DNA of 63,506 nucleotides, the filler included, from Octopus bimaculoides (taxonomy: Eukaryota), in NCBI RefSeq assembly GCF_001194135.2. It is 4 parts of 4 records of this genome, joined end to end, with 100 filler letters (N's around TTAATTAATTAA, not from the genome) between each part and the next. Parts side by side here need not be neighbours in the genome. Positions count along the whole stretch, not along the records: positions 46,962 to 61,624 come from NC_068983.1; positions 61,725 to 63,506 come from NC_068987.1; 2 more parts are not named here. One strand, written 5' to 3'. The position numbers were made by a program, and so were the translations under genes. Positions within the stretch are counted from its first letter, which is position 1. The number at the start of each line of letters is the position of its first letter. Shown one piece after another: positions 48,876 through 61,859 of the stretch. The notes under the pieces are model-generated. The model had not been told where the DNA came from and did no database searches. It worked only from the letters and a program-made list of their open reading frames with translations.

Positions 48876-51800
48876 GTGTCTAAATAAAGGTGAAAACACT
48901 GCAGCTTTTTAAAAATTGGGCCACAATAAACCGTACTTTTAGAGATGGATAATTGTGAAGTACGCTTTTGTGACAATACGCAACATGTATGTTTTTGAAG
49001 AAGCGGTCCATGGGGGAGATAGTATGCAATTATGACAACTAACAATTAAAACTCAAGCTACAAGAGTAATACGTCTACATATATTGCGGAGCAAATTGCT
49101 CAAATGAGGTAGAATTTGAACACAGAACGTAACGGCAAACGAAATACTGCCAAGCACTTCGTCCAGCGCGCTAACGATTCTGCCAGCTCACTCCCTTCAA
49201 CATATATAAATATCATGACGGTCACTTGCAAGTGTCTGTGGCCTGGACCTGTATCTTGTACCATGCTTTTGCAAATTGTTTTTATGTATCTATATAGTGT
49301 CGAGCAGACATAGAATCTTTCTGGACGCTACCACTGTTTACCCAACGGTAATTGTGGATGTAACTTCAGAACTGCACCGTCGCTTGGTGATCAATCATTT
49401 ACTGCTGAGTAAAAGAGTATATATATATNNNNNNNNNNNNNNNNNNNNNNNNNNNNNNNNNNNNNNNNNNNNNNNNNNNNNNNNNNNNNNNNNNNNNNNN
49501 NNNNNNNNNNNNNNNNNNNNNNNNNNNNNNNNNNNNNNNNNNNNNNNNNNNNNNNNNNNNNNNNNNNNNNNNNNNNNNNNNNNNCCTGCGTCTATATTAT
49601 TGGTAAAACAAGCACCACCTTGAAATAAGCATTCGAGTCAATTTGATCGCCTACAACCACTGAAAGCTGAGCCCTAGAACGGATGCAGTTGAATCAGTGA
49701 AACCAGTAAACGCACAGAATCATTAAATATATCCCTTCGGAAAACTCCTATTGAGCCAATGAAAAGCGCTTCGAGAATTATCAGCTAATTTTCCAATCGT
49801 TCACTAGCGGTGACAAAAAAAAAAAGGAAAAGCATGTTAGATAATGACGTATTAATTACAGTATGACCGAATAAAACACGGAATGGCTACGTTTGGCATG
49901 CCTTTGATCATAGCCTGACGCTATCAACGCTGACCTCGGACCCTGTAACAACAATATACAACACTTTGATCTTAGTAACAAAAGACCGAGAACAATTATC
50001 ACATTAGTTCATAGTAACATGTATCGAGATAAGTATGAAATGTCACTTTGCAAACATACATAAAGCATAACCGTAAATCATTTTATATTAACATGCCAAG
50101 TTTGTTGCAAGAGAAATTCTAGATCTTGAATCTAATACTTCTGAGCGTGAATCGAAACAGACCGGCGGTTTAAAATTATCTTTTGTTGAGTGTTTGATAC
50201 AATCAGAGACCAAATTCATGGCGACTACAAAAAAGATTTTTCAACAACAGCAACATGTAACAGTTCCTTATCTCTATTGTTTTCCTTCTTCTTTCTCTTC
50301 TTTCTCGTTTTTGTTCTTATTTGATTACATAACGGTTGTTATATGATATGTTAGAAAGAAGGCTTTGCTACATTTCACGACGGGGAAAGAAACAAATTCT
50401 CCTTTGGTCTAAATCATTTTTTGATATATTTAATCAAGATACTATCTCCCCTCATAATTGATAATATAATCCTTATGTACTTAAATCGTCGATCCTTCAA
50501 GCGTAAACTTCTTCAGGCCTCAAAACAAAGACTCGATATCATTTTTAACCTCTTCTCAATTAATAAACTATTTTCCTTCTAAAAGAATGTCACAATGCAA
50601 CAAGACTTTTTTCTAACCTAACACTTTCCTCTGTCTGCCATGGCTTACCAACTTTACGTAGACACGTAAATTAATTAAATAAATTATAAGCTACTCTGTC
50701 ACATATGCTAAGAAATTATCACCATTTCCTGCTATCTCCGCCTGCGACAGAATGAGCACTGGCATGAGATGACTGCCTCTATAGTATGACTGTGTTATTG
50801 GACATACCTCATGTTAGTTTAATTAGCCATAATCTTTTGAACTGGCTTAGAGCATGTTTGTTGAGGATATTAATTTTGGAATTTTCCTTCTCCTAAACTG
50901 ATTGCTTTCACTGCAGCTACGGAGTTCAAGCTACCCTTACAAAAATCATTTTAACCCTTAGATGGGACCCTGATAGATATACCGTTCCGGGTCAGAACGG
51001 ATCTGGGAGTGATGGTAACGTAGGGATAACTCCACGCTCTCCACAACTCCAGAACGCCTGAGCTGGAGTTTCACCATTGGGTGCAGATTAATGCGAAACG
51101 CAGGAAAGAAATTATATTCAGTGATATATTTAAGAAAGTAATTAAGTAGTCCATATGGTTGTAATTAAGTAATTATGAATGGCTGTAACATGGGGGAGCT
51201 CAACGATCTAGGTACGAAGTGGGGCTATACAAATTGCGAATATAATCTTCGTAAAGAGAAGACCAAAGCTAGATTCATGGTTCAAACCCAGGTTTATATA
51301 ATTAAAAGAGGAGATGGGTATCCGGCGATCAGCGTTCATTTGTTTGATTAACGGATCTACCTCCTCACCGAATCATTGAATAACTAGCTGAGTACTCCAC
51401 GGATGTGCGTATCATCGGGCAATGTAATACGGTGAGTTACAAAGCTAGACTTTTGAATTATATGCATAATTATGCACCCAAGAGAATCATCCAAAAGCAA
51501 ATTCTTGGATAACTGAATATAAACAATGATGTAATCTCTAGAAATTTTAAGATTTTTACTGGTTTTCAGTAGAATTTTAAGAAAACATTGGTTTTGAAGA
51601 AAAACCAATTTCTATGTATCCTTGTATGTTATGCCTGTTATATTGAAATGAAATTCTATTGATCCAGTATCTTAAAATCTTGACATGATGATGATAAATG
51701 GATATCATATTTGAATTCTGTGTGTTAAAATATTTCTAGTTCGGGTTGAAATGCTTTGATAACAACGAAAAGCAATTTTTGTTGGCCTCGGTAATACAAC

Positions 51801-52139
51801 GAGCTTCCGCACAATTTCCGGTTTTCCAAATTTCACTCAAAAGCATGAATCGACCCAAGACTATAAAATGACACATGGCGTGATTGAATGGGGAACTTGT
51901 GATTTGAAAATCGATCTTCTTAAGCTTGTTCAGCCATGCTGCACACGCGTGCGCAAGTGTTCGTGTTTGGAGTCAGTGTGTCTCTCAAGAGTAAATAATT
52001 GGACAAATATTTTGAGGAAAATTTATGCATGTTTGGCATTCCTTTGTCAGTTTTTCCTTGGCTGAAGCAATACTGCATGGATTGGCTCAAGGATGAGTAA
52101 ATAAACAATCAAGCAATTTGTTACCGGTCACGTGTACTA

Positions 52140-52345
52140 TTACGAGCTCTGATCAATAAGTAGCCAGATTGTTGCCATAGTAACGAAGCTAAAGCATGCA
52201 GAGTAAAGCTGCTTAGCAGAGATTGACCCTGACCTCTGCTGCGTATACGCACCACGTTTTAACGGTCTAGCTCAATTCCGCTGCTTACCTCAGTGCTTGG
52301 AAGGAAGGTGTGTAGCGTGTGCTCTTCACATTGACCATGAAATAT
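52140..52345 (+). mobile_element. Probable mariner-like 5' end fragment
   Basis: tacgagctctgatcaataagtagccagattgttgccatagtaacg resembles mariner TACGAGGG-type termini. No matching right end was found. Confidence 0.4.
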
Positions 52346-53019
52346 GTTTGGTACCGTTTATCTTTAGTCCTTCACACCCTTGTTTTAGTCATTCGACTGC
52401 GGCCATGCTGGGGAAACTGCTAGAAGGGTCTAGTCAAACAAATCGAGCCTAGTACTTATTTTGCCAAATGTGGTTGTTATTCTAATCGATTTCTTTTGCC
52501 GAAGAGCTAAGTTACGGGGATGTAAGTAAATGACCGGTGTCTGTCAAACGACAGTGGTGAACAGGCGCAACACAAGCATTCACACACATACACACATACA
52601 CACACATGCACACACATGCACGCACACGTGCTCACACATACGCACGGACACGCATACACACTCACATGCACATACATACACATGCACACACACAAGCACC
52701 CTCCATACACAGACGCACACACACACACATACACACACATACGAGTTTTTTTCAGTTTCCATCATCCAAATCCACTCAAAAGGTTTTGATCGACCCAGGG
52801 GTATAGCAGAAGTCGCTTGTCCATGGTGCCACTTGGTGAGACAGAACCCAAGACTGGGAAGCAAGTTTTTTTAACCCCACGAGCACCTTTGTGCCTATTA
52901 AAATAATGAGCTGCCGTGAGCAAGATAATGAAAGCATTTAACGTTCAAATCATCCTGCCGATGGTTCACTGGATATAAGCTGAGGAGGTGGTGGACGAGC
53001 AAAAGGAAGAGAAGGAAGA

Positions 53020-53285
53020 GGAGGGGGAGGAGGAGGAGGAAGCAGAAGAAGAAGAAGAAGAAGAAGAAGAAGAAGAAGAAGAAGAAGAAGAAGAAGATGG
53101 TGAGGATCATGGTGATGAGGCGGGTGATCATCAACATTCTTATCATCATCATCATTGCCATCATAATGGCACTGAGCGTGAAGACTAAACAGAATTGCAT
53201 TATAATCATCTTAACTATCATCATGATCGTCAGTGATCCTCCTCCCCCTCCTCCTCCTCATCATCATCATTATCATCATCATAAC

Positions 53286-53319
<34 letters not shown>

Positions 53320-53325
53320 GTCAAT
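53020..53325. repeat. (GAG/GAA)n, (CCT)n and (CAT)n trinucleotide tracts
   Basis: Direct reading. Confidence 0.9.
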
Positions 53326-53624
53326 GAAGAACTAGTTGATAGAGCAACATATAATTCTTTATTTGCCAACTAATGAATCGTGTAAAAGTATTTGTTTGCA
53401 CACAATATGTCTTCTTTACACTTGACATTTTGCCAATATTCCTGCAACAGCAGTGTAGTCTACTAAATTATTTAACAACCACCAGATAGTTAAGCGGCCC
53501 AGCTGCGTTGAAAAATATGGTCGCCTTTAATAAAATATGAACACCAAACTTTGAGCGACAAGACTAATACAGTAAATATGCTTACAATAAAATCTGCCGT
53601 TATCTAGAATTTATATATTCTTTT

Positions 53625-54048
53625 CTACTCTAGGCACAAAGCCCGAAATTATTTGGGAGGGGGCCAGTCGATTAGATCGACCCCAGTACGAAACTGGTAC
53701 TTAATTTATCGACTCCGAAAGGATGAAAGGTAAAGTGGACTTCGGCGGAATTTGAACTCAGAACATAAAGACAGACGAAATCATGCTGAGCATTTCGCCC
53801 GGCATGCTAACGTTTCTTATTTCTTTATTGCTCACAAAGGACTAAACATAGAGGGGACAAACAAGGACAGACAAGGGGATTAAGTCGATTACATCGACCC
53901 CAGTGCGTAACTGGTACTTAATTTATCGACCCCCAAAAGGATAAAAGGCAAAGTCGACCTGGGCGGAATTTGAACTCAGAACGTAACGGTAAACGAAACA
54001 CTACTAAGCGTTTCGCCCAGCGTGCTAACGTTTCTGCCAGCTCGCCAC
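53625..54048 (-). mobile_element. Dimeric S1 SINE (two head-to-tail units)
   Basis: Reverse complement has the same two-unit layout as 60870-61298. Confidence 0.8.
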
Positions 54049-54336
54049 CTTCTAGATTTTATATATTACTGTAGACCAATGGTTTCCAAAAGTGGGCGGT
54101 ATTGCACCCCTGTGGCCGGAAAAAGGGATACAATAAGCATCAGATTCACAAAAACAACCGAAGTACTACAACTTTACAAATCGGTGCTCTAGCATGGTGG
54201 CAGTCCAATGACCGAAACCGAAACAAATAAAAGATCTCTTGTTTATATTGATGTATTACATTGTCGTGAAGATGCGTGGCCTTGTCGTTTGCGGTATAGC
54301 TGTAGTTTGAGTGGTACCTGTGGTTTGGGTTGTAGC

Positions 54337-54414
<78 letters not shown>

Positions 54415-54790
54415 TCTCTTTCCCTCGCCCTCTGTTCTCCCCCATCTGTCACACCCCCGATGTGCCGCTAGGCCAAAAGAATACAGGAGTCGATTATATT
54501 CTCTTGTGAGTACCTAATCACTTAGAACGCTTATCGAATGCGTGACACATGTTACCGAGGTAAACTGCGTCACAGGTGATGTTGGGTTCTTTTGATAAAT
54601 TTGTGACAAATTTGTTGAGAACGGTTGTGGGTTTATTAAAACCACCTCAGTAGATAACCTTATTTGTTTTTCACCCGCACCAGAGAACTTAAATTTTTGG
54701 TCGATCTCTGTGGGATTTGAACTCTCATCATTGAGTAATTACAAATAAATTTATTCAATCCTACATTGTCCTATATTCCTATATATTATC

Positions 54791-55022
54791 TATTGGGTTG
54801 TCCGGAAAGTTCGTGCCGATTTATAGTAGCTTACCTTTCGACTTATTTGCCATTAAACCACCTCAGTTCTGGGAAGAGGGTATTTTCAAGTTAAAGGAAA
54901 GATGGAGACGCATTGTGCAACAAAATGGTTCATATTCAGTTGATTAAAAATGTAATGGCAAGTATTTATTGACCTTTTTCTTTGCTTTAAAAATCGGCAC
55001 GAACTTTCCGGCCAACCCAATA
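54791..55022 (+). mobile_element. Internally deleted mariner element with TA TSD
   Basis: TA-ttgggttgtccggaaagttcgtgccgattt ... aaatcggcacgaactttccggccaacccaa-TA. The interior encodes FWEEGIFKLKERWRRIVQQNGSY, a mariner transposase C-terminus. Confidence 0.88.
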
Positions 55023-55024
55023 TA

Positions 55025-55480
55025 TTTAAGGCAGTGAGATGAAAGAAACGTTAGTGCGACGGGGAGAATGCTTAACGGCATTTCATCCGTCTTTATACTC
55101 TGCGTTCAAATACCGCTGCGGTCGACTTTATCTTTTGTCCTTACGGGGTCGATAAAATAAGTATCAGTTAATCACTTAGGTTGATGTAATCAAAGAGGCT
55201 CTCACTCAAAATTTCATAGCTTGTGCCTCTAGTAGAAAGGATTATGTTACCTACATTTAAGGCGATGAGCTGGCAGAATCGTTAGCACGCCGGACAAAAT
55301 GTTCAGCGTCATTTCGTTCGTTGTTACATTCTAAGTTCAAATCCTGCCGAAGTTGATTTTGTCTTTCTTCCATTTTTGAGTCCATAGAATAAGTAACAGT
55401 TGAGTCCTGTGGTTGCTGCAATCGAGTTGCCCTTACCCTGCAATTGCTAGCCTTGTACCAAAATTTAAAACCGATATATT
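55025..55480 (+). mobile_element. Two S1 SINE copies
   Basis: Match to the S1 consensus at about 55025-55250 and 55255-55480. Confidence 0.7.
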
Positions 55481-58184
55481 ATCTATATATAAATACTACA
55501 ATATTACTTCCGTTGTATTCAGCATAAAGCATTCTTCATAATATTAAACCGTACAAGATTATGTTTACATCAAGATCTATACAATTCAGTACCATCACCG
55601 GATAAGTATGAAATAATTATGAAGTTTATAAATGGAGTAGATTCAAATGATATTTCGTTGGTAATAGTAACAACAAAGGAAACGTTAGCTGCATCTTGCA
55701 TTTAATAGATCGCATGTTCGTGATACTTTTATGATACATTGTTAATAAGTCGAAAATTTAATTTAAAATTTGATCTAAAAATAAGCAAATAAAGGCAGAA
55801 AATATTGATTATTAATACGCTTCTGTGAATAGCTGCAGTTATCGAAATTGTAAATTCCATCAGAAAGCATTTGTAGTTTAGTATCACTTTTGTCAAACTT
55901 CTTCGCGTATTGAAGAATGTTGGGGAAAATACATGCAACCAACAGTCTTGTAGACTTCATATCTTTGAGTATTACTGTAGAACTATTTACGAACATATAA
56001 CGAGAAAAGAACATGAAAAACATGACCGCAACCTGTTGAAAACGAGAGAATATCAGTCTGCTTTCAATAAAAACAGAAATAAATAGCTATAAATAAAATT
56101 CAAAGAGAAAGGCGAAGAAAGCTAAAAAAAAAAAATATGAAGGTTTTACGTATTTGCTTTTGCTAATTTTTTTTCTTTTTTAGGGTAGCTCCTTTGCTTT
56201 TTTTGCGAAGATATAGCAGGATGCCAAAGGCTTCTCTCACTGAATTTTGCACAACACATGACAGAAGCTATAGCATGTCTGTAACATTTAAGATAATTAT
56301 ATTCGAAGCAATTATTCAAGCGACTGAGATAGGTATCACAAATATTGGGGAGAAAAGCATTGACATAGTCGGGGAGTAAAAGCATGGAAATCTAGTTTGC
56401 ATTTTTTCTGTTTTCTTCACAGAGGAATTATCGAGTTTATATGTGGAAAAGAAACAAAGATGAGGATTCTAGTTGCGATTTTATATTTATTTATTTACTT
56501 TCGCATTCATTCATTTATTCTACTCTTTGATAAACTCTTTATGACCAACTAAATCTAGTAAGCCATATCAAATCACTAACTTCAGGAATGAAATGACAGT
56601 CAATGCAGAAAGAATAACGCAAAAGGAAGTCAGTTATCTGAAAGAGAATAGTGAAAAGATAAATGGAAAACTGCACAATTTGTAGTAGGAATTTAAAAGC
56701 TTGATTTGCAGTAAAAAAGTTTTAGATTCAAGATTTAAGTTTTAAGATATAAAAGATAACTTAAGACCTTTTTTTTTTTTTCTTGATTTGTTTCGTGACT
56801 GATACCAATAATGATATACTGATGTTTTCTCTTTTTTTTTATCGTGAAATCAAGAACGAATACACAACTCACTAATGTTCAAAAGAGACATCGATTGAAT
56901 AAAACTGATTCAACTTATTAATATATTCAGCTTTGATCTCATCGCCGTTTTATTTAGTGTATTTCAACATTCAACGTCTACCTAAAGCTACAGTTGAACA
57001 ACGCAAATGTACATTGAATAGTGTACTAGCTAGCCTGTATTATGAACTCATTGTTTTGTAGTTTATCTCCTGCCAGTTCGGTTCTCTTTCTTGTGAGATG
57101 CAAATGATAGATCTGCGTTGAATCACTTCGTACAGTATTGAAATAATTATATAGGAGAGATACTGCCTGAGTAAGATATATACTAAAGATGATAATATAT
57201 TAACAGACTAGTTTGGTTGTATCTCTCGTACATAATCTTTTCAATACTGTGCAAAGTGCCGCAAATTTGTTATTAAGTGTTGAAGTAAATCATATCATTA
57301 TAAATCGTACAATTTACTTCAACAATAACTTCTCTCTTAAATTTTATCTGATACTCTATAAAATGTCTAATAACTTGCTGAACCCAGTGCACTGAGCATT
57401 ATAAATATTCTAATCAATAGTTTATTCATCTATGAACGAATACAAATGATGACGATTTTTTAACTCATTACCCACGTTGAGCTGGATCATCGGCAATAAA
57501 CATGATGCGTAAATGACGTTTTTTTTATTTTTTTTTTTAGCTATAAACTAGCATTGTGATTTTTACACATACGTATGCCTGCATAAATATATGTATGTGT
57601 TTATATGCCTGTTCGTATGCGTGAGGGTGTGGGTGTATGTATATATANNNNNNNNNNNNNNNNNNNNNNNNNNNNNNNNNNNNNNNNNNNNNNNNNNNNN
57701 NNNNNNNNNNNNNNNNNNNNNNNNNNNNNNNNNNNNNNNNNNNNNNNNNNNNNNNNNNNNNNNNNNNNNNNNNNNNNNNNNNNNNNNNNNTATATATATA
57801 TATATTAATTTATAATCTTTCTGTTTAACGGATAGTGTTCATGATCTCAAGTTTAATACGGCTGAAGGAATATTCAAGTTCAGGCATCTTCAGATAATCA
57901 CATCAAACCTTAGTACTGACAATGAAAAATATTTTCAAATCATTGTGTAAACTACAGTCTTCATATCCACTGAGAAAAAAACAAGATGGTGGACAGAGAG
58001 TATAGATTGTATTTATAAATTGTTTAGATTTACTTTGTTTTGGGGTAACTAATCTGATATTATGTTAATTACAGTATTATGTTAATTAAAGTAAATATTA
58101 TTTTTAATTAAAGTAATTATTACGTTTTTGTATTTGAGTAAGTCATATCTTTGTAAAAGTCTAGCTCAAATATTGGTTTCAAAT

Positions 58185-58470
58185 TTTAGCATAAGGCAAA
58201 CAATTTTGAAGGTGGACCCCGGAAAATTTCGGGAGCTGGTGCTTACTTTATCGACCCCGAAAAGATGAATGACAAAGTCGACCTCGGCAAAATTCGAACT
58301 CCGAACGCAGAAACGGATGAAATGCCACTAAGCATCTTTCCCGGACTGCTGACGATTCAACCAGCTCACTGATTTAAGTCTAGCTAAAATATTCTTTTCT
58401 ACTATAGGCACAAGGCCTGAAATTTGGGGAAGGGGAATAGCCGATTTCATCGACTCCAGTGTGTAACTGG
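58185..58470 (-). mobile_element. S1 SINE copy plus partial copy
   Basis: Reverse complement of the S1 consensus. Another minus copy at about 49085-49200 and a plus copy at about 59930-60130. Confidence 0.7.
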
Positions 58471-58929
58471 TACCTAGTCTAGATCAAATATTACAAAGTT
58501 AAATACACCACACAAATCTAAATTGAAGAATGTTGATAAGTTAAATATTGAAAACTGAAAATTTAAATAAAGAGTTAAAATTATAAGTGTTACGCAGAGA
58601 AAAGATTATATAAATGTGCAAGAGTGTTTAACCTTACGTAACTTTCTGGTTGGGCTTTTCTGTCAGGTTGTACCTTATATTGCTATCTTCACAGAGGAAA
58701 CTTCCCAGTGTGTCTGCATTTATTGAAGGCTGGTATCTAAAATGTACTAACTTCTATATATATCACCTACGACAAGCTCTACCAGGAGTATCAGAATTAT
58801 CTTTCCCGCAGTATAACATGTATTCAAATGTTTGTATCATTAACAAAACTCTTAAAGCATATTGTTCAAATCCCGACTGTATTTGAGTTTTATGTTCCAT
58901 CTATCGAAATTCTTAGAGATCATAGGTGC

Positions 58930-59560
58930 ACAGAAAGAGATGTAATAATCTGTTCTGACTTTCCTAATTATATTTTCGCCCATGTACTTCCCTGCCCATT
59001 TCCAGACGTTGCTGAACCATTTCTATCATTGTCTTTCTGTACCTCACTTATTGGTGGTTTATCAATGCATGACCGTATTTGCTAAAAGTAGGAAGTCGTA
59101 GTCTCATCTTATATAACCAAATCCCTTCATTTCCTGTTTAACAATTGAGAGAACAGTTTCGTGGCTCACAGTCTTCCCAATTTCTTTCCTAATAAAATTC
59201 ATTTGTTCAATGCTCTCTAATATAGAATACGAATTTTTTTTTTCTGTAACAATTCATTTCAGACTTTGAATGATTTTTTTTCTTCTCTTTTTGCATCTAA
59301 CGTCCATGATTCACACCTATAAACTGGAGCTGAAATTGCTATTACTCTTAAAACACGAATTTATGTTGTAAATGTAATCTTTTTATTTTCCCAAACAAGA
59401 TTTAACCTTGCTATCGGCGATGTAGCCGCTGTGATCTGACAATTTACTTCGTTCTTTGATCTCACACCTTCCGTTATTGTTCTTCCTGGTTGTTTAAATT
59501 CATTAACTTGTTTGATCGTTTTACCTGCTGTTTCAATTGGATTCACCATTTTCGTTTAGT
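58930..59560 (-). mobile_element. Old RTE-clade LINE ORF2 C-terminal fragment
   Basis: GKTIKQVNEFKQPGRTITEGVRSKNEVNCQITAATSPIARLNLVWENKKI resembles LEQV..FKYLGS.IT.DG.S..EI..RIA.A..A..RL..IW. Downstream KQEMKGFGYIR...KWFSNVWKWAG resembles KLKWFGHI.R...W.DNI.EW.G. Confidence 0.65.
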
Positions 59561-60869
59561 GTTTATTAATTAATATTTTTTTATTTTTGCTTTTTTTTTC
59601 CAGCACTTATTTCTGTTCCATAACTTGATGTTATATCAAGACGTGTTGTTCTTCATTTTGTCCTATTAAATCAATAACTGTAAAGCAGAGATTACTGACT
59701 TCTTTACATCTTACTTTAACATTTTCTTCAAAAACAAAAGCAAAAAAGAAAAGAAAAATGAAGTTTTTCTGTCATTTCATATTCTAGTAACACATTGAAG
59801 CACAATGAATACTTCTTGTCACACACTAACTGTTGATTTAAACTAGTTTCTCGTTTGCTTTTGGTTTATTCGATCACCTACGAAAACCAGACGTTTAGAA
59901 CGCCCAACTACCTTTATATTTACTTCTACTAAGGTGGTGAGCTGATAGAATCGTTAGCAATCCGGGCAAACTGCTTAGCAGCATTTCGACCATCTTCACG
60001 GTCTGATTTCAAATTTCGCCAAGGTCAACTTTGCCTTTCGTCCTGTCGGAGTCGATAAAATAAGAACCAGTTGAACACAGGGGCCGATGTAGTCGACTTA
60101 GCTGGCCATGTGCTAAAATATAAAACCAACATTTACTACTTCCAGGTTGTACTTATACTTTCTCATAATAATACATCATTCCCATAGCACGTAAGATAAA
60201 TATCTTTTCTTACAGTTACTTGATTTTAAAGAAACATCTCACTAGACTTCCGTGTATTTCTCTTCATGGATGTTGACGTTACAAATCTAGTCAGATTTAT
60301 TTATCCCTTCTTGCAAACTACTATCATTTTTTACTGTTTCATTCAAGTAGATAAAATATATGACAAAGCCTTCCTGAGATGCTTAATCAAACTAATACTG
60401 CGTCTGTTTACGCAAATTTTGATGTACTTTTTTCATTGGAAATACAATAACAATTAGTTCAGGCCATTTATTCGGTCATTCTTCTAAAACGCTATAGCAT
60501 GTTTAACAAAAATATAATTAACCTCCATAACTTGACTGTTCTCATTTAAGTTATATGTTGAGAGTGATTTATTAGTTTAGTTTTCTGATTGTTCCAGTGA
60601 CTTCAGAAGTAATATCCGGATTTTCATGTATTTTAAAGGAAATTTCCCCTCTTAATACTATACTACCTACCTCCCTACCTATCGCCTGTTTATGGCTGTA
60701 AAGTTTTTCGCACTATTCTCTCCATGAACCAGTAACGTTCTTTATATCGTTCTGTATGTTGCTAAATCTATCGTGATCAACTTGACATTCTTTGGTTACA
60801 TCTGTAACCATTTGGCAGGCTTTTGCTTTTATTTATTTGCTGGGATATCTTTCTACTTCTTGACAACAA

Positions 60870-61298
60870 GGCTGCAAGCTGGCAGAAACGTTAGCGCGCC
60901 GGGCAAAATGCTTAGCGGTATTTCGTCTGCAGTTACGTTCTGAGTTCAAATTCCGCCGAGGTCGACTTTGCCTTTCATCCTTTCGGGGTCGATAAATTAA
61001 GTACCAGTTACGCACTGGAGTCGATGTAATCGACTTAATCCCTTTTTCTGTCCTTGTTTGTCCCCTCTATGTTTAGCCCCTTGTGGGAAATAAAGAGATA
61101 AGAAAGGTTATCACACCGTGCGAAATGCTTAGCGGTATTTCGTCTGTCTTTACGTTCTGAATTCAAATTCTGCCGACGTCGACTTTGCTTTTATCCTTTC
61201 GGGGTCGTTAAATTAAGTACCAGTTGCATACTGGGGTCGAGCTAATCGGCTAGTCCCCTCTCCCAGAATTTCTGGTTTTGTGCCTAGGGTAGAAAAGA
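60870..61298 (+). mobile_element. Dimeric S1 SINE
   Basis: Two consecutive S1 bodies joined through tttagccccttgtgggaaataaagagataag. Confidence 0.82.
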
Positions 61299-61347
61299 AT
61301 GCGTGCTGCCAAGAATTTATATCTCTCATCGAAGGTCGGTAGCTATC

Positions 61348-61390
61348 GGACGCTGACGAAGGGAAATAACCCTGAAACCCAGGTCCGTTC
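61348..61390 (+). ncRNA. Type I hammerhead ribozyme, intact, with extended stem I (61323-61411)
   Basis: GGACG CTGACGA AGGG aaataa CCCT GAAA CC ca GG T C CGTTC. GUC triplet, predicted cleavage after C61385. Outer helices gtagc/gctac and ctctcatcg/cgatgagag. Confidence 0.85.
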
Positions 61391-61624
61391 GTGCTACGAT
61401 CACGATGAGAGGGATAACTTCCGTTGGCAAAACAAACAGAACACAGTAGTGTGTCGATAAGCCTGCTGGAGGAGATGTCCTCCTGGGGCTAAAGCAACAG
61501 TAACATCCACCCCTAGGAGTCAGCCACACTTAAGTGGCAATACACTTCACTTTATCGTGCAGTTACTGTTAATACTTCATTTAGAGAATTAACATTGCTT
61601 GTTTTCACTTTTTCCATATCATTG

Positions 61625-61724
61625 NNNNNNNNNNNNNNNNNNNNNNNNNNNNNNNNNNNNNNNNNNNNTTAATTAATTAANNNNNNNNNNNNNNNNNNNN
61701 NNNNNNNNNNNNNNNNNNNNNNNN
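61625..61724. other. Artificial scaffold-join spacer
   Basis: 44N + TTAATTAATTAA (61669-61680) + 44N. Confidence 0.93.
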
Positions 61725-61765
<41 letters not shown>

Positions 61766-61859
61766 TACATACCAACACACACATAGATTTATATATATAT
61801 ATGTATATATATGTGTGTGTGTGTATGCATATATGTATATATTTAAGTATAGTCCCCAC

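Noticed and set aside
52988-53327. Acidic, His-rich ORF (poly-E, poly-H)
   Set aside because: Entirely explained by (GAA)n and (CAT)n tracts, with no splice or start context.
56423-56550. Strong acceptor ttcttcacag followed by MRILVAILYLFIYF (signal-peptide-like)
   Set aside because: The frame closes at a stop before any donor, and hydrophobic reading is expected from T-rich DNA.
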